NCBI GenBank assembly: GCA_964658305.1
Contig: OZ210885.1
Coordinates: 18,786,001-18,850,000 of the forward strand
DNA: 64,000 nt
Source of the DNA: Leptogorgia sarmentosa
Lineage: Eukaryota
Direction: 5' to 3'
Part shown: positions 1 through 13,248 of the stretch, in pieces
Position numbering within the stretch: the first letter of the stretch is position 1
Layout: the number at the start of each line of letters is the position of its first letter
The notes under the pieces: generated by a model
Told to the model about the DNA's origin: nothing
Database searches by the model: none
Seen by the model: the letters and a program-made list of their open reading frames with translations, nothing else
Position numbers and translations under genes: made by a program

Positions 1-375
1 TAGCAATCGAAGAGAGGTCCTGCAAGCAATTCCAGCCCGAGAGAGGGCATCCTCGACGCTTGACCTAGACCGGCTGCCGATTAACCGTACCCTGGGATTG
101 AGTTGGGATGCAGAAACTGACAAATTCTACTTCACAACGATTTCCACCGACAAACCTGCAACGAAGCGAGGGATACTTTCAGTGATGAGCTCGTTGTTTG
201 ACCCGTTGGGCTTTCTTGCTCCTTATGTTCTCCCTGTGAAGGTACTGCTTCAGGACCTTTGGCAACAGAAGGTGGGATGGGACGACAAGATACGTGACCA
301 GCAACTCGGAGTCTGGCAGCGATGGCTCAATTCACTATCCCAACTGCCCGAAGTTAGGATTGCAAGATGCTATTT
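1..375 (+). pseudogene. BEL-A pol fragment (RT C-terminal/connection region)
   Basis: LGLSWD, TKRGILSVMSSLFDPLG and KVGWDD motifs typical of BEL/Pao pol. Confidence 0.9.
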
Positions 376-588
376 TGTGGGAAATCGGTTTATATTTGGG
401 GATAGTTAATTTATGCGATTCGTTGTGGGGGGTAAGAAAGAGAAAAAAAAAACACGAGGGAGAACGAGATCGGGACGTATTATTAGTGATTATTGTTGTT
501 GTTTAAATTATCAAAAGTATTTGGCTTATTTACTCAAGCGGAGATTTCTTTCACAAATACATGTCTAGGGGGCACACAATTTGTGAAA
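376..588 (+). repeat. 5' LTR of BEL-B
   Basis: TGTGGGAAATCGG...TTGTGAAA is repeated at 21798-22005 with several substitutions and indels. Confidence 0.9.
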
Positions 589-663
589 TGTGGCACCTCT
601 GAGACGAGATTTTGCGAGAAATATATCGAATATAGTATCGTGTGGTGTTGTTGTTTTGAAGAG

Positions 664-1351
664 ATGGCAGTTGAAACTAATGACGGGACGGCCGATTTAA
701 GCGTTAAACTGAAGCAATTACTCATGACTTGCGGGAGAACGGGCACCGTGCTTCAGTCTGGGAAGAGCTCTGCTGTAAATCGACAGATAGAATCGCTAAA
801 AGAGCTATTGAAAGAGGTTGAAAAATCGCGAGGTCGAGTTAGGGAAAATTACAGAAGGTGAAGAGGAAACGAGAATCGCAACATGGAATGACGAAATCGA
901 ACAGAATTTAACGCAAGCGGACGAGAATATCAAATACTTGGAAAACTGGCTGCACAACTGTAAAATGGAAATGGAGCAACAGGCTCTCGAAGAGAAAATG
1001 AGATTCGAAATGAAACTGCACGAATCGAAATTAAAACTTGAAGTAGAACATAGGGAAAAGTTGGCAGAGGGAAAAACATCTAAGGAAGCGGGCTCATCAC
1101 AAGTGGAAGCGAAACTACCCAAGTTGGTTATATTGAAATTTAACGGAAATTTTATGGATTGGCAGAGGTTTTGAGGGCAGTTTACGGAATCAATAGAAAA
1201 ATCGGGATTGGCAAGCATCGCTAAATTTTCCTACATGAAAGAGCTTTTAGGGGATGAAGTGAGACGTGAAGTGGACTCGTTGCCATTCACGGCGGAAGGT
1301 TATAATCGGGCGAGAGCGATACTGAGCGAGAAATATGGAAAAGAGTCAGAT
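664..1351 (+). pseudogene. BEL-B gag, N-terminal part (DUF1759-like), with frameshift and stop
   Basis: KLPKLVILKFNGNFMDWQRF*GQF..LPFTAEGYNRARAIL, homologous to the gag of element C. Confidence 0.88.
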
Positions 1352-2165
1352 TAGTCCAGCTGTTAACGACCAAAAAAATGCTGAATTGTTCACTTTGATG
1401 ATAAAAGCATGAAACTTTGCCACATTACTAACATCTTAAGTACTAACATTTTTGGATATGGAGCCAAACGAAATTCACTTATGCTAACGAGTAATGCGCA
1501 TGTCATAAAATACTCAACATGGAAACGAGGCTGCTTTAATAACCCTAATTTGGGCCGTTTTTTTAAAGATTTTTTTCCCGAAATTTTTCTCATATTAATA
1601 TATCAGCCATGTTCTTCACTCTGAAATGTAAAGTATTGTCATGTGACCTATTTCCTGGAAATTAAAGAAATACACGTAGTGCATGCCTGGGATACTGTGG
1701 CAAGCTTGAAAATGTGTGGTTTTAATTTTTTAAAGATCAAATTTGGTGCTTTAAATATTTTAGGAGCATTCCAAAGTAAAAATATAAGACAATGGCAAAA
1801 CAGCTACAAGTTACTATATTGCTCACCACTGCGCATGCGCTGAAATGTTGCAAATGAAAAAAAAGAGACAAATCGGTAAAAAGAAGCAAATTTGTCATAT
1901 GAAAATAATACAACATATACTATACATAGTTATATTTGCACATAACTATCTCTTTTGCGATCTCTCTGTCAAATTCATCGATCGGCAATCTGTTCTTTTC
2001 CCTTTGTGTAAGCACTCTAGACATCATACCATTATCAAGTTCATTAATTGACTTTAATGCCATTAACAACAATAGTGGGCAGCATTAAACATGACTGAAC
2101 TGATATCTAAGTTTTATATCCGACTTTAAAATTCCACTGTACAATATTCGCGAAATGGCTAAAAA

Positions 2166-2687
2166 AGTGGCGGAAATTCAGTTTCCGAGGTGGAGGGGCA
2201 AAGCTTCACGAATTTCCGACAAAATTACATCGTTTTGCTAGGTTTACGATTACATATTGCTTTACGAAAGCCACTTTATATAGAGGCCAATATATAGAGG
2301 ATGCGATTCAATATGCAACGCGATAACCCCTTTTTCAATATGCTCTGGATAAAATTTTATTAAAAATTTTCTAACTTTCTGACTGCTAGGCTCACGATCA
2401 CCTACTTTAATCTACTAAAGTTTTCTTTGTAGGTGGATCTACTCTTTTGAAACTTGAAAAAAATTCGTGCTGAATCGCGTTCGATGTGTTTCGGCCTTAA
2501 AAGGTTACGTTCTCAACAAAAATTCCAATCAATTTGTCGGAAATTTTGATATAATAACTGTTTTATCGGAATAACTCGTGTGTTTTCCGAACTTACAATA
2601 AAATGAAAATTTCCGACAAATTGGCAATTCGACGAGAGGTGGGGGGCAATTGCCCCCCCCCCCCCCCCCCCGAAATTTCCGCCACTG
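2166..2687. mobile_element. hAT-like non-autonomous element (MITE)
   Basis: Inverted termini AGTGGCGGAAATT / AATTTCCGCCACTG with a subterminal poly-C tract; no clean TSD. Confidence 0.5.
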
Positions 2688-2820
2688 CAAAAAACCATTC
2701 ATAAAACTCAATAATCTGAATGCTCATACTTTTAACTCTTTCTCTAACCCTAATAGTTCTCATAGAAAATAGAAGGGTGCTTTTGGCTCGCCTTTTTAGC
2801 CATCCCAAGACTATATTTGC

Positions 2821-5800
2821 TCACAATTTCTCCTTACAATTGCCGCCACAATTGCACAAACCTGTACATGCCAAATTAGCTTTCATGCAATTGCAACGTC
2901 CTCTACACGCGGTTTTACAACCGCATCGAATAAGTTCGTAGCACGTATCCTTCGCTTGTGGAAGTGTCGTCCAGTATGGCACCCAGGAACTGCCGTCACG
3001 CTGCCACCCCCAGTCAGCAGGAGAAGGTAATACTGGACTCTTCACAAGAGTCTGAAATACTGCTCTCTTTGCGTGTTGTAAAAGCGCTGCTCGAGTGGGT
3101 GGAATACTATCTAGACTTCTTGACTTCTTTGAGAATAACTCTTGCCTCACTTCGTTTACAACTTTTCAGGCTGCTTGTTCGATCGTAGAGCAGAACCACA
3201 AACATCTCTATTGTTGCCATGCACTCTTCGTTGATGTCTGCAGGTGATGCTGCCAGCACTTCGATTACCGGTGTCAGTTCGGGAAAAACGTTCCATACAT
3301 CCCAAGCGGTCTTCTTTCCTCGTCCACAAAAAATGATACTGTGTCGCATCCAGTTAAGGAGTGAAACATCGGTAGTGCTGACGCTTTCTCTCGACCTAGT
3401 GACGCGGCTATGGAATGTGCAGGAATGTTGCGTAGATGCTTTCCGGTGCCGTATGCGACCCATAGCTCATCAATGGAAATACTGCTAGCTACTGAAATTG
3501 CTAACACAACTACATCGGTATCATTGCTTCTGATCTGTATTCGACGATGGCCGCACATGGTAGCATCCAACGCATGTAACATTAAGCGAGTATCTGCCTC
3601 TTCATGGGAGCATGGTTCGAGCGTATTCATTTCGACTCGATTGGCAGAAGACAGGACATGTTCGCCATGTGTGGTGTAGATCTCCTTGCCATCAGGGATC
3701 GTCAGTGAAACCACCTAAAATGATTAATAAGATGATGGTATTAAAATATTGTTCAATCAATTATCCTGTACTGTGTTTTACCCCCATATGTTTTACCCGT
3801 ATTTGCTAACCCTCTAGCGTCCATTTGACGAATAAAATCATCTGGTGTTAGCTGGTGAGTAAAATACTAAAGTTTTAATACAGGCGTTACAGGGTTAAAC
3901 ATCCATTTCTACATAACATGTAGCACTGTATTTAAATATATTACCACTACTATTATTATTACCATGTTAGCAAGAAGCTTGAAAAGTTCATCCTTGTTGT
4001 CATCAACACGCATAAATCCTTTCCAGTCTGAGGGGATTCGCGTTGTAGGAAGAACTTTCCGTCGTTGTCCACTGCCTCTCTTTTCCCAAGCAGATCTCTT
4101 CAATGTATCTTCTCGATACACATCCCACACTAGGTCGACTCGGTTCACTGCATCAAGTTGTCTCAGGATATACAGGGCGAACACAGTATTGAAGTACTCC
4201 TCAAATGTTTGTGCCATTCGTGGTTTTAACATCTGGACAATGACGGCTCCGTCAAGAATGATTGCATCCACGGTTGGTTGTTCCACGGTCTGTGTTGTAG
4301 TGTCGTGCAAGCATTTCACCAGATCTGCCTTCTGCCCTCCTCTGAGATTGCCCGCTTGAGAGAGTGATATAGGCCACGGCTGGTTTTCGAACTTGAAAAA
4401 ATCCTGCAGATTTCCATCTCGGCTTTGACAAGCTATGTAAAGCCTAGAAAACAGAGCACAGTCCTCCTTCAAGACCGCTACTTTGGCTTTAGTTTTCGAC
4501 ATGACCTTAGTGTTTGGAGTGTTGAATGTAGGCAGTTTATTTTTCTTCAGAGGCTCTGTAATTGGCGTACTCCGGTCGGTAAACCGCTCTTTCACGAAGG
4601 TTTGGAACTGCTCCATTCCAATCTTTTTCACGTTGCGCACGGTGTTGACAACATCATTACTCATGATGTCCTTTGTGTGGATTGCTATGAGCTCCTCACC
4701 CTGTTCCATAAATGGATTTCCTAATTCTTCGAAGGAACCGATCACATTCAAAACATCTTTGGCGAACGCGCTCTGGACGCCTGGTGTCTGCTCATGGTGG
4801 TTGCGTGAATCAGAATTATAGACGTTACATTCAAATTCCTCCACCATTCTTGTTACCTCTGGTCCTGCGACCATCCATCTTCTGAGGGCTGCAGGGTTTT
4901 CGGTGAGTCCAACAGCACCTCCGTCGCCTTTGACTATGGCATTAACTTGTTCGTGTGCGTGGTCCAGTGCTATGGAAGAAAACGACCTCCTCGTCTTATG
5001 AACTACAAAAAAACCTCTCACGAATTGTGTATAGACCTCTGGATGTCGGACTGCAAGCTCGCACATATCTCGATAATGGACAGATAGCCATCTGGCGTAG
5101 TTGGGATGGTCCATGGCAAACATCCATGGTAAAATCTGCTTGATGGCGTTGACGTACAGGGTAAAGTTGGCTTCTCTAAACGCTCTCACAAGCTGAAAAA
5201 CGCAGAGCTGCAACTCCAATACTCCAGACCAATACAAAAACTGCGGACATTTCTCCGACATCTCTTCTCTCCATTCATGAAAAGATTTGAGCTGATCATT
5301 TTCTTCAACATTAAGAGTGTATTCATCGTATCCTTTCACCATGAGCATGTGTAGACTAACTGCTGTAACTTGGTGTGCTCGTCGCGTTCGAGTTAGATGA
5401 CTTGCTGCAAGGAATGAATTAGCTACGCCTTGTGTAGCCACACCTGCATTGCAGAGAGCCTCTGCCCATCCGCTACCGCTCAGCCACTTTCCGAGCATCT
5501 TGAAGGCCGCCATTTCTATGTGAAGTCCACCAAGCATGATGACAAATTGATCTTCATTGAATATGTCATTGAACGTCCACTGAATTTGTTTCGCGAGAGC
5601 AAACAGTGGCTGATCTACTGCGACAACTGGGATTTGTGTAGGATTGACCTGATTTACAACTGCTTTGATCACTTTCAAGGAATGTGCTATCATAGCAACC
5701 GAGTGGGCGTTCTCTATAAACATCGGTAACAGTGATGGTTCGTGACTCGACAACATGGATTTTGAAGCGCGATATGCCGCCCATGATAAGAAATCATCTT

Positions 5801-7570
5801 TCTCCAGGTTTTCTTTAGAGAGAAGTTGCAGAGTATTATCCAGCCAATCTTGTTCAGGACAGGGCCCACTACTATTTAGCATCACTTGAGGATCTACTGT
5901 CAGCTGTTCTTTAGATTCCGGTGCGTAAAAGTCACTGGGGCGTAGGTACATTGGTGGTACTTGACTGTAACTCGATGGTAGTTGGGCTATCTTCTTCGAC
6001 ACGGAAGTTTTTGTTGGGTCAATGATGTCAACGGCTCTATCAATTCCCGGTTCTTCCATTGTTGGGTGTTGGACCAATGAAATTGCGGTGCCATGGAATG
6101 AATCATGCGAACTCGTTGAGCTTGGATTGTGGTCGATGTTATCAACTGCTGCAGTAGTGAACAGTCCTTCTTTAAGTTTAGACGGGCATACGACTCCTTC
6201 CCTTTCGTACCGTTTTATAACACTATTGGTAATCTCAGTAGATATAGAAAGTAGCCGATCGTACGAAATAGACATCCCCAACTTGTAAAATAAATCTACA
6301 AGAGATCTATCCCTCGTTGCTCCATGAATTTTCAGTGCTGTATAAATTGGTAGTGGGGTTTCTCTAGATCTCACATGACGAGATTTGTCGGTAGACTCAT
6401 TTCGACTTCGCGCTATGCTGTTGAATATGATTAGTTGAGCAATTGTCAGACATGCCTGACTGCCCACCGGCAACGCGTCTATCTTGGTAGTTGGACCTTT
6501 GATAATCATGCCTATCAAAGTTTTAAGGAAGGCGGGATGGCATCGTTTTGACATTCTGGGGCAAATGTACCGTCAAAACAGTTATGTATTTGTAGAATGT
6601 CTCTTATAATATTTGCAGCTTTAGCCAAATGACATGCTTCTGAATCATTCTTGGCTTGCTCTAACACTCCCCCTATTTCATGTTTAAATGCCAGTAGCAC
6701 TTCTCGTCCTTGGTTATGTGCTGTGAGGTCAGGAAAAGCCGAGAGTACTCTTTCTTTCAGTCTTGTAGCATTAACATTTCCGGATTCAATTCCGAGTTCC
6801 TGCTGTTTTGATGAGAAAAATTTTACGATATCGGAAAGCTTGAGTACTGGAAGATCTTCATATTGAAGCTGTTCGTCGATGTAGGCAAACAACTCTGCAA
6901 AAGCCAGTTCATCTAAACCAGTTGGCGACCTCTCAGGGACAGAATCAGTGGTTGACGCTTTGAATTGCCTCGCTCGATTATAAAGACTGACTAAGCACTT
7001 CGCATGGTACTTCGCTTCAACTGCGATCAAATCACCAACTGACATCTTCGAAATAAGTTTCCCGTCATTCAACAAATTAGCACATTCCCTGACCTTCCGG
7101 TCGACTTCGAGTGTGGAAGCAGAATGAAGATTTGTTGTGCTATCTGCAGAATCGCAAACGAAACAGTGGTTTTCTGGCAGACAACTTGAAGCATTACTAG
7201 ATCGCCTGGCCTTTATTGGGCTGGAACTACTTACATCTATGATTTGATCACAATCGTCTCTGTCCTCTTCCTCTGCTATTGCCGATAATTTTCTTTTCTT
7301 GGCACGCTCTAACTTGGTATTGCTGAAAAGGTCTCGACAAGACTTGTGCCAGGAGGCTTTTTTATTCAAAAGAGTCTGCTCTATTCCAAGACCTTCATCG
7401 AGACGTTCCACATTTAAACATTCAGGGGTAATTTCTAGCTTCTGGAATTCTTTGAGATTGCAAACAAATGAAGTGTAGCCAACACCAGCATCTTTACGCT
7501 TTGAGTTTGCAGGACATTGTAATTTTTCAACGGAACGTTGTTGGCAAATAATGCACAGATCCCAATCCAT
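2821..7570 (-). pseudogene. AcademX transposase / XPG(PIN)-like nuclease with C-terminal Cys-rich domain
   Basis: ATG at 7570. DNID, DQPL, GGLHIE and HEQVN transposase motifs; HEEADTR, DTDVVVL, LTGCD and GKKTAW nuclease motifs; C-terminal CxC cluster. In-frame GT-AG intron 3715-3962; frameshifts near 6540, 3330 and 3150. Confidence 0.88.
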
Positions 7571-8169
7571 GATTTTTAAAAATCTTTAGTAATAGTTTCT
7601 AACATAGAGAATGATAAAAAAAACATGGCAATTGGGGATTCTTTATTCGTTTCGTACAGAAGTAGAAAATTTCGTGAGTTACTAATGCAGATAGAAACAA
7701 AAAACCCTAAGATAACATTAAAAATGTCTTACCTTTTATGACTGTAAGTGCCAAAGGAGGTTAGTTTCGTATCCATTTTCTGGTATACTCGACCTTGTTT
7801 CCAACCGGGCAATATCAGATACTTCATATAAGAACACGTGAACCAATAAAAGAAATCAGGCCAAAACGCCTTCCCCTGCCTGCTCGCGGGTAGACGTCCC
7901 TCTTGGGAGGTGAGGGGACGGGAGGGGACGAGAGGGGGCGGGACGAAAGCGGACGGGAGGGGGCGGGAGGGGACGGGATTTGTCAAAATCAAATTATTGG
8001 GGCATAAGTTATTTTATAAATTCAGTTTTTTTATTCATTCTCACTGACACTCTATCTCTGTGGACGGTAACTCGGTCTTTAATTGTCAGAATGTTATTAC
8101 CTTAAAAGCTATTACTTTACTGTATCCGATTTATTGTCACACCTTTTTAAAATATACAGCTTTGCAAAT

Positions 8170-9528
8170 CCAAGGTCGACAATACCGAAAAGTGGTATAC
8201 TCGACCGGCTTCAATAAACTCGACCCTCATGCAAATGTCAAAATGAATCTGTGCATGCAGCTTATAATATTTACCAACAAATATACAATTCAATAGTTAG
8301 AAGGTCGACAAAACCGAAAAGTGGTATACTCGACCGGCTTCAATAAACTCGACCCTCATGCAAATGTCAAAATGAATCTGTGCATGCAGCTTATAATATT
8401 TACCAACAAATATACAATTCAATAGTTAGAAGGTCGACAAAACCAAAAAGTGGTATACTCGACCGGCTGTAATAAACTCGACCCTCAAGTGTCAAAATGT
8501 TGTACACGCACGTTAGTAATTTACTGTCAGTTATGGTCCTATACTGTAAAAAAAATATCTACCCAACAGCTTTTAAAATTTAACAACAAATATATAATTC
8601 AATAGTTAGAAGGTCGACAATACCGAAAAGTGGTATACTCGACCGGCTGTAATAAACTCGACCCTCAAGTGTCAAAATGTTGTACACGCACGTTAGTAAC
8701 TCACTGTCAGTTATGGTCCTATACTGTAAAAAAAATATCCACCCAACAGCTTTTAAAATTTAACAACAAATATACAATTCAATAGTTAGAAGGTCGACAA
8801 TACCGAAAAGTGGTATACTCGACCGGCTGTAATAAATTCGACCTTCAGGTGGCAAAATGTTGTAGCTACATGCACGTTAGTGTCACCTACGCAATCAAAG
8901 AGTGCGCAAATTATGCTTTTGCGCACTCAAAAATAATTCTTCGTTGGAACAATATTAAAACTTCATCGTTATAATGCTCTTAGGAAACCAACTCACCCAT
9001 AATTTTTCCCGTTACGCCCGCAAATGACATTAACTTCAAATTTCCGTTTTAACACAGCCTAATGTGCTACCGCGGCTGCAATAAACTCGACCTTCATGCT
9101 AATGTCAAAATGAATCTGTGCATGCAGCTTATAATATTTACCAACAAATATACAATTCAATAGTTAGAAGGTCGACAATACCGAAAAGTGGTATACTCGA
9201 CCGGCTTCAATAAACTCGACCCTCAAGTGTCAAAATGTTGTACACGCACGTTAGTAATTTACTGTCAGTTATGGTCCTATACTGTAAAAAAAATATCTAC
9301 CCAACAGCTTTTAAAATTTAACAACAAATATATAATTCAATATAGTTAGAAGGTCGACAATACCGAAAAGTGGTATACTCGACCGGCTGCAATAAACTCG
9401 ACCGGCTGCAATAAACTCGACCCTCAACTGTGTAAATGTTGTAAATGCACGTTAGTAATTTACTGCCCGTTATTGCCCTACCTTTCACAAAAAATCTCTA
9501 CCCAGCAGCTTATAAGTTTTACCAACAA
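8170..9528 (+). repeat. Tandem array of 129-bp and ~180-bp units, forward arm
   Basis: Repeated GGTCGACAATACCGAAAAGTGGTATACTCGACC; periods of 129 (8211-8340) and 180 (8461-8641-8821). Confidence 0.95.
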
Positions 9529-11591
9529 TTTTCGGTATTGTCAACCTATAATTCCAATTATTGAATTGTATATATGTTGGTGCACCATTTTGACACCTAG
9601 GTGAAGGTCGACTTTATTGAAGGCGGTCGAGTATACCACTTTTCGGTGTTGTTGACCTTCTCTATTGAATTGTATATTTGTTGATAAATTTGATAAGCTG
9701 CATGCACAGATTCATTTTGACATTTGCATGAAGGTCGAGTTTATTGAAGCCGGTCGAGTATACCACTTTTCGGTATTGTCGACCTTCTAACTATTGAATT
9801 ATAATATTTGTTGGTAAATTTTGTAAGCTGTTGGGTAGATATTTTTTTTACAGTATAGGACCATAACTGACAGTGAGTTACTAACGTGCGTGTACAACAT
9901 TTTGACACTTGAGGGTCGAGTTTATTACAGCCGGTCGAGTATACCACTTTTCAGTATTGTCGACCTTCTCTATTTAATTGTATATTTGTTGATAAATTTT
10001 ATAAGCTGCATGCACAGATTAATTTTGACAACTGCACGAAGGTCGAGTTTATTGAAGCCGGTCGAGTATACCACTTTTCGGTATTGTCGACCTTCTATCT
10101 ATTGAATTGTATATTTGTTGATAAATTTTATAAACTGCATGCACAGATTCATTGTGACAACTGCATGAAGGTCCAGTTTATTGAAGCCGGTCGAGTATAC
10201 CACTTTTCGGTATTGTCGACCTTCTAACTATTGAATTATAATATTTGTTGGTAAATTTTGTAAGCTGTTGGGTAGATATTTTTTTTACAGTATAGGACCA
10301 TGACTGACAGTGAGTTACTAACGTGCGTGTACAACATTTTGACACATGAGGGTCGAGTTTATTACAGCCGGTCGAGTGTACCACTTTTCGGTATTGTCGA
10401 CCTTCTATCTATTGAATTGTATATTTGTTGATAAATTTTATAAACTGCATGCACAGATTCATTGTGAGAACTGCATGAAGGTCCAGTTTATTGAAGCCGA
10501 TCGAGTATACCACTTTTCGGTATTGTCGACCTTCTATCTATTGAATTGTATATTTGTTGATAAATTTTATAAACTGCATGCACAGATTCATTGTGAGAAC
10601 TGCATGAAGGTCCAGTTTATTGAAGCCGGTCGAGTATACCACTTTTCGGTATTGTCGACCTTCTATCTATTGAATTGTATATTTGTTGATAAATTTTATA
10701 AACTGCATGCACAGATTCATTGTGAGAACTGCATGAAGGTCCAGTTTATTGAAGCTGGTCGAGTATACCACTTTTCGGTATTGTCGACCTTCTATCTATT
10801 GAATTGTATATTTGTTGATAAATTTTATAAACTGCATGCACAGATTCATTGTGAGAACTGCATGAAGGTCCAGTTTATTGAAGCCGGTCGAGTATACCAC
10901 TTTTCAGTATTGTCGACCTTCTAACTATTAAATTATATATTTGTTGTTAAATTTTATAAGCTGTTGGGTAGAGATTTTTTTTGAAAGGTTTGACAATAAC
11001 TGGCAGTAAATTACTAACGTGCATGCATGTACAACATTTTGGCACCTGAAGGTCGAGTTTATTGCAGCCGGTCGAGTATACCACTTTTCGGTATTGTCGA
11101 CCTTCTATCTGTTGAATTATATATTTGTTGCTAAATTTTATAAGCTGTTGGGTAGAGATTTTTTTTGACAAGGTAGGACAATAACTGGCAGTATATTAAA
11201 ATTACTAACGTGCATGTACAACATTTTGACACCTGAAGTCGAGTTTATTGAAGCCGGTCGAGTATACCACTTTTCTGTTTTGTCGACCTTCTAACTATTA
11301 AATTATATATTTGTTGTTAAATTTTATAAGCTGTTGGGTAGAGATTTTATTTTGAAAGGTTTGACAATAACTGGCAGTAAATTACTAACGTGCATGTACA
11401 ACATTTTGACACCTGAAGGTCGAGTTTATTGCAGCCGGTCGAGTATACCACTTTTCGGTTTTGTCGACCTTCTGACTATTGAATTTGTTGGTAAATTTCA
11501 TAAGCTCCAGGCACAGATTCATTTTGACACCTGCATGCTACACGAAGGTCGAGTTTATTGAAACAGGTCGAGTATACCACTTTTCGGTATT
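9529..11591 (-). repeat. Tandem array of the same units, inverted arm
   Basis: Repeated GGTCGAGTATACCACTTTTCGGTATTGTCGACC, the reverse complement of the forward unit. Confidence 0.95.
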
Positions 11592-11672
11592 AGAAAGCCA
11601 AAAACAATTAGATCGAGTTCCAAAAACACTTGACTTAGCATAATTCGGGGCAAAACGAGACAGCGAGGTTAA

Positions 11673-11885
11673 AGGTTGGTTCTCACTGAACATATAAGCA
11701 TTAGCACAAGCATAAGCATACGCATACCTCATTTGCCAAAGCGAAGAAATAAACCAACATAAGCATAACATAAGCATAACATAAGCATAAGCACAAGAAA
11801 GAATGCAAGGTCTTCATTTGCTTATGTTATGCTTATGCTTGCCCTTTTGCTTGCCCTTTTGCTTATGTTTAGTGAGAACCAACTT
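11673..11885. mobile_element. PIF/Harbinger-like MITE
   Basis: 15-bp TIR AGGTTGGTTCTCACT / AGTGAGAACCAACTT, TAA on both sides, internal inverted AAGCAT repeats. Confidence 0.75.
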
Positions 11886-12463
11886 TAAATTAAATGAGTC
11901 AATTATGCGAAAATGCAAATCCTCGGCGTATTAACGCTGTATATTGATCGCAGACACCATGAAAAAACGTCTAAAATGACAAAGATATTTCTACAGTAGT
12001 TGTAACAAGGAAAAACTACATATTTCAGTTTCCTGAATCGCTTTTAAATCGCCCGGTTGCGAACAAGGTCGAGTATACCAGAAAACGGACACGAAATATA
12101 CCTGGCCAAAGACGGCCGCCATCTTGAAATCGCGTGTGAGAAGCCTGGGTTCTAATTTCATTTAATTTCCACGAAATAGGTCACGTGACAATACTTTACA
12201 TTTCAGAGTGGAGAACATGGCTGATATTAATATGAGAAAAATTTCTGAAAAAAAATCTTTAAAAAACGGTTCAAACTAGGGTTATTAAAGCAGCCTCGTT
12301 TCCATGTTGAGTATTTTATGACATGCGCATTACTCGTTAGCATAAGTGAATTTCGTTTGGCTCCATAGACAAAAATATTAGTACTAGGGATGTTAGTAAT
12401 GTGGCAAAGTTTCATGCTTTTATCATCAAAGTGAACAATTGTGGTCGTTAACAGCTGGGACTA

Positions 12464-12910
12464 GATAGGGTATCTTGATACGTGTCATCAAAGGTTGCAG
12501 GTATGTTGAACAAGAAACCAAGCCAGAGCATGACCAGGAAAGTTGAAACTTTGTTGGGGATGCATTTTACCAAATTAGAGGTATATGAGACGGAGATATC
12601 GTCCTTCGACGACAAATTCAAAATGGATGTGAAACTGACGACGGTGAATAAGACGGAACTTTTAACAATTCCCAACCCTCATTTCGAAACAATGGCAGCA
12701 TCTTACCCTCATTTGCAACGAGTGGAAATTACAGACAAGGATACTAAAGAACAACTACCAGTACATGTGATCCTCAGCGTGGGGGACTATGCGAAAGTCA
12801 AGACAAGCACGAAGCCACTTATTGGGAGAATTGGTGAACCAATAGCGGAACTCACCCGACTTGGATGGTTCATTATGTCACCTGGGACAGAGGTCGACAA
12901 GCAGAGAATG
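12464..12910 (+). pseudogene. BEL-B aspartic protease region; gag C-terminus and catalytic DSG segment are missing
   Basis: YVSSKVAGML..LPVHVILSVGDY..PIAELTRLGW aligns to element C downstream of its DSGS motif. Confidence 0.85.
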
Positions 12911-13248
12911 CATCCTCGTACCCAGGCTCTTACCTCCGCTACCCGCCCCGCTTCGGAAAGACCCTGGTATTGGTTGGTCACGTGCTTCCCAGAATGTGGG
13001 AAGTAACAAAAATATTTCATTTGGGAAGGGTGGGTGCGAGTAGTTTTTGTCGCATTGCGTATAATATTGAAATTAATTAAGGTTTCTAGCTAAAAATGGG
13101 AAAGATTTGTGGTTCTTTCCCGCAGCATTTATGGACAGCTAATAAACTATTTCTATCGGGTTACAATGCGAATGGTGTCGCATTACGGAGTCAATCAGCT
13201 TTGTTTCATTTCCTGTCAACATGTGCTCTGGTTCGGCTGACATTGCAC

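Larger units (their letters stand above)
7758..12103. mobile_element. Foldback-like non-autonomous element with internal inverted tandem arrays
   Basis: ~50-bp TIRs (7758-7810 / 12051-12103) containing TGGTATACTCGACC, the motif repeated in the arrays. Degenerate 9-bp TSD TGCCAAAGG / GGCCAAAGA. Confidence 0.65.
1352..12463 (-). mobile_element. AcademX-type DNA transposon
   Basis: ~310-bp TIRs (1352-~1670 / ~12155-12463) with TAG..CTA termini, 3-bp TSD GAT (1349-1351 / 12464-12466), and a large transposase + XPG-nuclease gene. Confidence 0.88.

Noticed and set aside
1390..1624. Duplicated small ORFs, also at 12227-12415, 35488/41312, 27907/33002 and 53584/59038
   Set aside because: They are translations of TIR or LTR copies.
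10346..10924. 192-aa ORF with 43-aa repeats
   Set aside because: It is a by-product of the 129-bp (3x43) repeat period, with no protein motif.
8170..11591. CRISPR-like array (palindromic ~33-bp repeat at regular spacing)
   Set aside because: The intervening sequences are repeated, not unique, and are ~95-150 bp long. There are no cas genes, the context is eukaryotic, and the motif matches the flanking TIRs.
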